DNA of 64,000 nucleotides, from positions 24,758 through 88,757 of the forward strand of contig USJD01000001.1 in assembly GCA_900554835.1 (NCBI GenBank), given 5' to 3'. Under the pieces are notes generated by a model. It saw only the letters and a program-made list of their open reading frames with translations, made no database searches and was not told where the DNA came from. A program made the translations under genes and the position numbers. How positions within the stretch are numbered: the first letter of the stretch is position 1; the number at the start of each line of letters is the position of its first letter. Shown piece by piece: positions 57,931-64,000 of this stretch. The stretch is from an uncultured Prevotella sp. GTDB taxonomy: Bacteria > Bacteroidota > Bacteroidia > Bacteroidales > Bacteroidaceae.

Positions 57931-59136
57931 ATGGCACCAAGAAATCCTAGTAAAAGGGCTACTCCTAAAAGAGAAGAAAAGAAAAAATATTTATGCCCAT
58001 ATTGCAATAAGGAAAAGGTAGAAACTGAGTTTTATATGAGCTCAGATCCACTTGTAATGACTGGCAAAACTACAATGTGTAAAGATTGTGCAGAGAAAAT
58101 AGCCAGAAATTGGGATTCCCGTACCAAAGAATATCATGATTGTACTAAAGCTTCTGTGCAAGAAGCACTTGAACGTTTGGATAAACCATTTTTAGATAAA
58201 ATATGGGATTCTAGTTATTTTGAGTATATTAACGATGATTCTGGCCTGAAACGTACTAATATATGGGCTGCATATATTAAAAATATTGGAATGAAACAAT
58301 ATATTGGCTTGCGCTGGAGAGATGGAGACTTGTTTACGTCTTATAAAGAGTCAGCTCTTAAACAGGCTCGTCAGGAAGTGCAAAATGATGATGTTCCTAA
58401 GTCACAAGAAATTAGTGAAGAGTATGAAAAAAATAGAGCTGATGTAATAAGGTTGCTTGGTTATGATCCATTCGAGCATGAGCAAGAAGAAGATAAACCA
58501 TTACTCTACTCTCAATTAATTGGCTATTTGGATTTAGGGGGAGACAATGAAGATATGATGAGAACATCTTCTGCTATTACTATTGTTAGAGGATTTTCTC
58601 AACAAGCAAAGCTTGATGATATGATTGCCAAGGCAATGGCTTCCCCAAATGTTTCTAATAAATCTGGCGAAATTAAATCCTATTTGGATTCTAAACAAAA
58701 AGTTAGTGCTACTATTTCTCAGCTTGCAGAACAGAGCTGCCTTAGTCTTAAGCATAATAAAAATGCTAGTAAAGGAGAAAATACCTTTACAGGTAAAGTT
58801 AAAAAGCTTAAGGAAATTAATTTAAGAGAGGCAGAAGTTAATGCATTTGATATTGGAACAGCCGAGGGTATGAGACAGGTTGCTGATATTAGCAATGCTT
58901 CTATTATGAAACAAATTGCTCTTGATGAAAATGATTATACTGAAATGCTGGCAACACAGAGAGAGATGATTACTAAACTTCAAGAAAAAGCAGATTCTAA
59001 TGAAGAAAAAGCAAGGATTTTACTTCGTGAGAATTTAGATTTAAAGAAATATATAGAAGAACAAGGTATTGATATTAGTGGTATGTGTTCAAATGATACT
59101 ATTTTGTATGAAGATGAAACTGAGGTGGTTGAATGA
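57931..59136 (+). CDS. putative terminase small subunit / packaging accessory protein
   Basis: 401 aa; lies immediately upstream of, and overlaps, the large terminase; N-terminal zinc ribbon CPYC..CKDC. Call rests on position only. Confidence 0.4.
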   Translation: MAPRNPSKRATPKREEKKKYLCPYCNKEKVETEFYMSSDPLVMTGKTTMCKDCAEKIARNWDSRTKEYHDCTKASVQEALERLDKPFLDKIWDSSYFEYINDDSGLKRTNIWAAYIKNIGMKQYIGLRWRDGDLFTSYKESALKQARQEVQNDDVPKSQEISEEYEKNRADVIRLLGYDPFEHEQEEDKPLLYSQLIGYLDLGGDNEDMMRTSSAITIVRGFSQQAKLDDMIAKAMASPNVSNKSGEIKSYLDSKQKVSATISQLAEQSCLSLKHNKNASKGENTFTGKVKKLKEINLREAEVNAFDIGTAEGMRQVADISNASIMKQIALDENDYTEMLATQREMITKLQEKADSNEEKARILLRENLDLKKYIEEQGIDISGMCSNDTILYEDETEVVE

Positions 59137-61166
59137 GCGAAATTGTAGTCCCAGAGAAAACAATTTGGGTTCCACCAAAGTATTCTGTCTTTGTTAAGCC
59201 AACAGAGTATCAAATGAGTGAAAGAAAGTTAGAAGGATATAGAAAACTTGCAGAGATTAAAGCGTATTATCAAAGAAATCCAATTAAATTTATGAGGGAT
59301 ATTCTTGGTGCGGAATTATTTGATGCACAGGCATATTGTATTGCGAAGAGTTGGACAACTCCATATACTCTTTGGGTGTGTTCAAGAGGTTATGGTAAAT
59401 CGACCATAGTAGACCTTATTCTTATGTCAAAAGGTATGTTGTTTAATAACTATTGGAGTTATATAGCTTCTGGTTCTGGAGACCAAGCAATTTTAACATT
59501 TAAGACTCTTGAGAATATTGCAAATCAGAATATTGAATCTATGACTGGTTTGACTGGTATTTTTAAGCAAGAAATTGAAGTTAAAAATGCTGCGGGTGAT
59601 GGATTTGTGCATAATCCTTCTGGCCACTTTTATTCTTTATATAATGGTTCTTTCACTAAAACTTTAAATAGTAATGTTGATAAGCGAAGAGGCGCTCGTG
59701 GTAATATGGTTGTTTTCGATGAGTGTGGATGGCTTGATCAAAATATGATGCAAGTTTACGCTGCTTTTACTATTGTTAATAAAGATTTGAAACTTGGTGG
59801 TGACGTTGACCAAGATACTATTAAGACATTACCAAAAGAAGTGCCTAACCAATTATTTTATATATCTTCTGCATCTTCTGTAGATACTCCATTTTATGAA
59901 AAGTATCGAGATTTTTCTAAGCAAATGATACTTGGAAATAAGGATTATTTTGTTGCAGATATAAATTGTGATGTTGTTATTAAAGGAACTGTTGGTGGTA
60001 AAATTTATCCTGCTTCTTTGTTGACTCAAGAAACTGTTGACTCAGAAATGAGAAATAATCCTGAGAAAGCATTGCGTGAGTATTATAACAGATTTACGCA
60101 AGATGGTGGAGTTGGACAAATTATTAAAAGAGCATGGATTACAAGAAATTCATACGCGAGAAAGCCTATATTATCTAATGATACGAATGAAAGAAAAATT
60201 GCGGTCTTTTATGACCCTGCTAGAAGCTCGGATAACTCTATTATGTTGATTTGTGAACTTAGAGATGATGAAGAAAAGGGCTATATGTTAGATGTACTTA
60301 ATTGTATTAGCTTTGTTGATATAGGGTTGAGGAGAAAAACACCGATGCGTTATCAAGAGCAAATGAAAGAGATCCATGATATTTTGGTTAATTATAATGG
60401 GGACGCTCTTGATTATGATAATATAGAAATTTTTATGGCAGATGCTGGTGCTGGTGGTGGTGGTAACTCTTGGGTCGGAGACTCATTGATGGAAGATTGG
60501 ACTGATAAATCTGGTAAGGTACATCGTGGGCTTATTGATAAAGAGTATTCCGAAGAATATGTAAAAAGATTCCCAAATGCGGTAAATAAATTAAGATTAT
60601 TAAATCCAAGTGCATGGAAATCTGAGGCTTATGAGGCTCTTATTAAGATGGTAGAAGCGGATTTAATAACATTCCCAGCGGAATATGATGGCAAGGGATA
60701 CATCAATTTATTTGAAGTTGATGAGAAAACAAAAAAAAGAAAAACTGATGAAATTAAGGCAAAATTGGATAAATTAACTATCTCTCAAGCTGAATATGAA
60801 GAAAAGCTTCAAGATGAATTAGACAAGATTGACCTTGGTAAGGTTAAAATGTATAGATTAAGCATAGATGAAGAAATTGCGCTTAAGCAAATTGATGCAA
60901 TGAAAGAAGAGATTGTTAATATTTGTAGAACAAAACGTGATTCTGGTAAGGATGCATTTAAGCTCCCCTCTCATAAGGATGCAGACACAGGAGCAAGTGA
61001 TGCAACTATGCATGATGACCGTGCCTATTGTCTTGCGTTAGCTGGATTATTTTTATCAGAAAAACGTGCAGAGCGTATTCGTAATAAGAAACGTACCCCA
61101 GATCATAGCATAATAGATATGCTCCCAGTTAGACAAGGGAAACAAGTTAAAAAATTATTTGGATAA
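59133..61166 (+). CDS. terL: terminase large subunit
   Basis: 677 aa; Walker A CSRGYGKST, Walker B MVVFDECGW, C-terminal RNaseH-like nuclease acidic residues (FYDPARSSD, FMADAGAGG, MHDDRAY). Confidence 0.85.
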   Translation: MSEIVVPEKTIWVPPKYSVFVKPTEYQMSERKLEGYRKLAEIKAYYQRNPIKFMRDILGAELFDAQAYCIAKSWTTPYTLWVCSRGYGKSTIVDLILMSKGMLFNNYWSYIASGSGDQAILTFKTLENIANQNIESMTGLTGIFKQEIEVKNAAGDGFVHNPSGHFYSLYNGSFTKTLNSNVDKRRGARGNMVVFDECGWLDQNMMQVYAAFTIVNKDLKLGGDVDQDTIKTLPKEVPNQLFYISSASSVDTPFYEKYRDFSKQMILGNKDYFVADINCDVVIKGTVGGKIYPASLLTQETVDSEMRNNPEKALREYYNRFTQDGGVGQIIKRAWITRNSYARKPILSNDTNERKIAVFYDPARSSDNSIMLICELRDDEEKGYMLDVLNCISFVDIGLRRKTPMRYQEQMKEIHDILVNYNGDALDYDNIEIFMADAGAGGGGNSWVGDSLMEDWTDKSGKVHRGLIDKEYSEEYVKRFPNAVNKLRLLNPSAWKSEAYEALIKMVEADLITFPAEYDGKGYINLFEVDEKTKKRKTDEIKAKLDKLTISQAEYEEKLQDELDKIDLGKVKMYRLSIDEEIALKQIDAMKEEIVNICRTKRDSGKDAFKLPSHKDADTGASDATMHDDRAYCLALAGLFLSEKRAERIRNKKRTPDHSIIDMLPVRQGKQVKKLFG

Positions 61167-61178
61167 GAAAGGAGGCCG

Positions 61179-62723
61179 ATGCCTTTGGAAACGTTTGAGC
61201 AAAAGAAGAAAAAATTAACAGAACAAGAGCGCATTGAGGCTCTCCAGAAAGATGAAAAAGCTAGAGCAAAATTTGCTGCGGTAAAAGATATTTTGCAGCT
61301 AATTGATTTAACTCAAAATCAATCTAGGTCTTATACAGTATATTCTAAGGAAAATTTAAGATCTTATTTGCAGAATCCTTCCACGGAAGCGAACCAGAAA
61401 AACTTAAGGAATTTATCTGAATTTTTATATACTGTTAGTCATGTATATAGAAGATTGGTATTAAATAAGGCAAACCAATTTGATGCAAAAAGTTATATTG
61501 TTTATCCTAAATTAAATGATAATGGCGAAGTCGAAGAATCTTCTTATCAGAATTATATTAAGACCAGCAATTATGTTCAAGGGATGCATTTAGATACACA
61601 GATTCGTAAATGCTTAATTAAAGCATGGTTGGACGATGTTGTATTTGGATTTTGTTATGGCAACCCAGAAGAAGATATGTTTTTTATACATATATTAGAC
61701 CCTGATTATTGTAAAATTTCAAGTGTAGATTATTATAGTGGAAAAATAAATTTTGCATTTAACTTTTCATTTTTTGATGGTTCTAATAGTTTTTATCTTG
61801 ATGTGTATGACCCTGTTTTTAAGAAGATGTATAATTCTTATAAATCTGATAGTAAATTGCGTTGGCAAGAATTACCTCCCGAACAAACGTTTTGTTTAAA
61901 GATTAATGAAGATAACTTAAATTATCCTGTACCTCCATTTTCAGGCATGTTCAATTCTTTAATTGATCTTGTTGATTTATCTCAAATTCAAGCAGTTAAG
62001 GATGAGCTAAGTGCATATAAATTAATTTGGGCGAAGATTCCTACGATTCAAGGATCAAATGAAGTTGATGATTTTGCAATAGATTTGGAGCTTGCTAATC
62101 AATTTTACGAAAAGTTATTAGGTATTATTCCAGAAGGTATTGCTATGGGTTTATCTCCAATGGATTTGGATAGTATTGACTTTAACCAGAATGCTGCTGA
62201 GGACACTAATATCGTTAATAAGGCATACGCAAATCTTATTGAAGCTAATGGAGATATTGTATTAAATTCAAATAAGATTACTAATAGTACAAGCTTTAAA
62301 TATGCTATGATGGCCGAGAGCATGTCTGCAATGGCAGTTGTTTCTCAGTTTAATGTATGGGTTAACTTTTATATTAAACAGAATCTTGGGGTAGAAGATG
62401 TTATTGTTGAATTTTCTGATGTAAGTAAATATTTTAAAGATGACAAGATTGAGCAATTATTAAAACTTGGACAATATGGTTTACCAGTTAAAATGCAGAT
62501 GATTTCGTTATTAGGGGTTAATCCTGCTCAGTGTCGTGCTTTAGAATATCTTGAAGACAAACTTGGATTAGCTAAAACAAAGTGGGTTGCTCCACTTGTA
62601 TCTTCAAATGTTCAGTCTGGTTTATCAGAGAATGGTGATGGTTCTGATGGAAGACCTCCAAGTGATGGGCCTTTGAGTGATGAAGGCGAAGCCACAAAAG
62701 ATGGCGAGAAAAATGCAAAGTAA
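61179..62723 (+). CDS. portal protein (by position and size)
   Basis: 514 aa directly after terL; acidic/Gly-rich C-terminal tail. Confidence 0.6.
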   Translation: MPLETFEQKKKKLTEQERIEALQKDEKARAKFAAVKDILQLIDLTQNQSRSYTVYSKENLRSYLQNPSTEANQKNLRNLSEFLYTVSHVYRRLVLNKANQFDAKSYIVYPKLNDNGEVEESSYQNYIKTSNYVQGMHLDTQIRKCLIKAWLDDVVFGFCYGNPEEDMFFIHILDPDYCKISSVDYYSGKINFAFNFSFFDGSNSFYLDVYDPVFKKMYNSYKSDSKLRWQELPPEQTFCLKINEDNLNYPVPPFSGMFNSLIDLVDLSQIQAVKDELSAYKLIWAKIPTIQGSNEVDDFAIDLELANQFYEKLLGIIPEGIAMGLSPMDLDSIDFNQNAAEDTNIVNKAYANLIEANGDIVLNSNKITNSTSFKYAMMAESMSAMAVVSQFNVWVNFYIKQNLGVEDVIVEFSDVSKYFKDDKIEQLLKLGQYGLPVKMQMISLLGVNPAQCRALEYLEDKLGLAKTKWVAPLVSSNVQSGLSENGDGSDGRPPSDGPLSDEGEATKDGEKNAK

Positions 62724-62735
62724 GGAGGAATTGCC

Positions 62736-62912
62736 ATGAATTCTAAGAAATTTATTGTTACAAAAGATCCTGAAGTGGCAAAGAAGCTTGCTTCTATTTT
62801 TAAGCAAATAAGTGATAATAATGGTTCGTGGGTTTTTATAAATGCACCTACGAATTTTAATTTTGCCGAATATGGCAAAAAAATAGCATTTACTAATATT
62901 TTATGTCTGTAA
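62736..62912 (+). CDS. small hypothetical protein (58 aa; not in ORF track)
   Basis: Own translation MNSKKFIVTKDPEVAKKLASIFKQISDNNGSWVFINAPTNF..; AAGGAGG RBS. Confidence 0.45.
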   Translation: MNSKKFIVTKDPEVAKKLASIFKQISDNNGSWVFINAPTNFNFAEYGKKIAFTNILCL

Positions 62913-62959
62913 TCTCTTTTTAGAGTTTATAGTTATTCTGCAAGAAAGGAGGAAATTAC

Positions 62960-64000
62960 ATGCATAAAATTTTAACGCTTGATAATTTATATCAGTTCTT
63001 TGTAGAACAAAATAAGTCTGTTAATTTTAGCTCTAAAGAAAAAGGACAGCCAATTGTTGTTTCTACTCCTGCAAATTTTGAAGTATCAGATAATGATATG
63101 CCGGGTATGCTTAAATTAAAATTCAAGGTTTGTCATACTGAAACCAATAGAAATGGGAGCCATATTTCTAAAGAGAATATGGAAACTGCTATGCCTACTT
63201 TGAAGTATAGACCAGTTTTAGCTTATATTCATCAGCTTGATGATGGGACATATGACTTTTATGCTCACAATATGGAAATAGAAGAGGATGAATATGGTGA
63301 TGAAAAGATAGTTTATACAGAGAAGCAAGTTGGATGTTTTACGGTTGATGAGCCATGGCTTGAATATGATGAAAAGAATGATAAAACATATGTTAATGCA
63401 TATGCCGTTATTCCTGAAGAATATACTGAGGCGGCGAATATTATTCGTAGAAAGAATGGTACAAAGGTAAGTTGTGAGTTAGTTATCAACGAACTTGCTT
63501 ATAATGCTAAAGAAAAATATCTTGATATAACTGATTTTTATTTTGGCGGTTGTACTCTATTGGGTTGTGATGAACATGGTAATCCCATAGGGGAAGGCAT
63601 GTTAGGCGCAAGAGCTGATATTGCAGATTTCTGTCAGCAGGAACCTGTATTTAATTATCAAGAAAAATTGGTTGAAATACTAGGCAAACTTGATAGTACA
63701 TTGTCTAATTTCAATAAAAACAATACGAAAGGAGTGAAAGAAGAAATGGGACATTTTGAGGAGCTTCTAGAAAAGTATGGTTTTACCGCAGAAGAGATAG
63801 ATTTTGATTATGCAAATATGTCAGATGAAGAGCTTGATGCGGCGTTTGAAGAGTTTAAGAATAAGAAGTATGATGATGACGATCCCGATGCTGGTGATGG
63901 TACTGATCCTGCAGAGGGGACTGATCCCACAGATGAAACTGATCCGACTGATGATGAAAAAGATCCTGAAGAAGACCCCGAGGAAGATGAACCCGAAGAT
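62960..64000 (+). CDS. head-morphogenesis protein (scaffold/prohead-protease-like), partial; continues right of window
   Basis: ATG at 62960 after AAAGGAGG; 347 codons translated by hand without a stop up to nt 64000; D/E/P/T-rich tail at the end; position after the portal. Confidence 0.5.
   Translation, partial: MHKILTLDNLYQFFVEQNKSVNFSSKEKGQPIVVSTPANFEVSDNDMPGMLKLKFKVCHTETNRNGSHISKENMETAMPTLKYRPVLAYIHQLDDGTYDFYAHNMEIEEDEYGDEKIVYTEKQVGCFTVDEPWLEYDEKNDKTYVNAYAVIPEEYTEAANIIRRKNGTKVSCELVINELAYNAKEKYLDITDFYFGGCTLLGCDEHGNPIGEGMLGARADIADFCQQEPVFNYQEKLVEILGKLDSTLSNFNKNNTKGVKEEMGHFEELLEKYGFTAEEIDFDYANMSDEELDAAFEEFKNKKYDDDDPDAGDGTDPAEGTDPTDETDPTDDEKDPEEDPEEDEPED

Overview
This 64-kb window looks like part of a low-GC tailed phage or prophage of Bacillota type, with strong AGGAGG Shine-Dalgarno sites. 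It has two divergent transcription blocks separated by a ~1.6-kb non-coding control region (42.06-43.66 kb). Leftward block (all genes on the - strand, 42052 down to 1): many small Cys-rich or acidic ORFs; an accessory region with an orphan reverse transcriptase followed by two arrays of three paralogous structured RNA-like units; a tyrosine integrase next to an integrase-fold protein that lacks the catalytic residues; and an SPbeta-like replication module. That module holds an AAA ATPase, DnaB-like helicase, Toprim primase, RecJ-like DHH exonuclease and a DnaE-like PHP polymerase cut by the window edge, with free-standing HNH endonucleases inserted. Rightward block (+ strand, 43663-64000): a wHTH protein beside iterons, small early ORFs, a P-loop kinase plus a radical SAM enzyme, a YonO-like single-subunit two-barrel RNA polymerase, a GIY-YIG endonuclease, ClpP-like/PhoH/HU/metallophosphoesterase genes, then terminase, portal and the start of the head genes. 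A 15-nt motif, ACARYACAAAATTAA, recurs about 19 times, almost always intergenic and co-oriented with transcription. I saw no rRNA, tRNA or CRISPR array. All functional calls come from reading motifs by eye; no database search was run.
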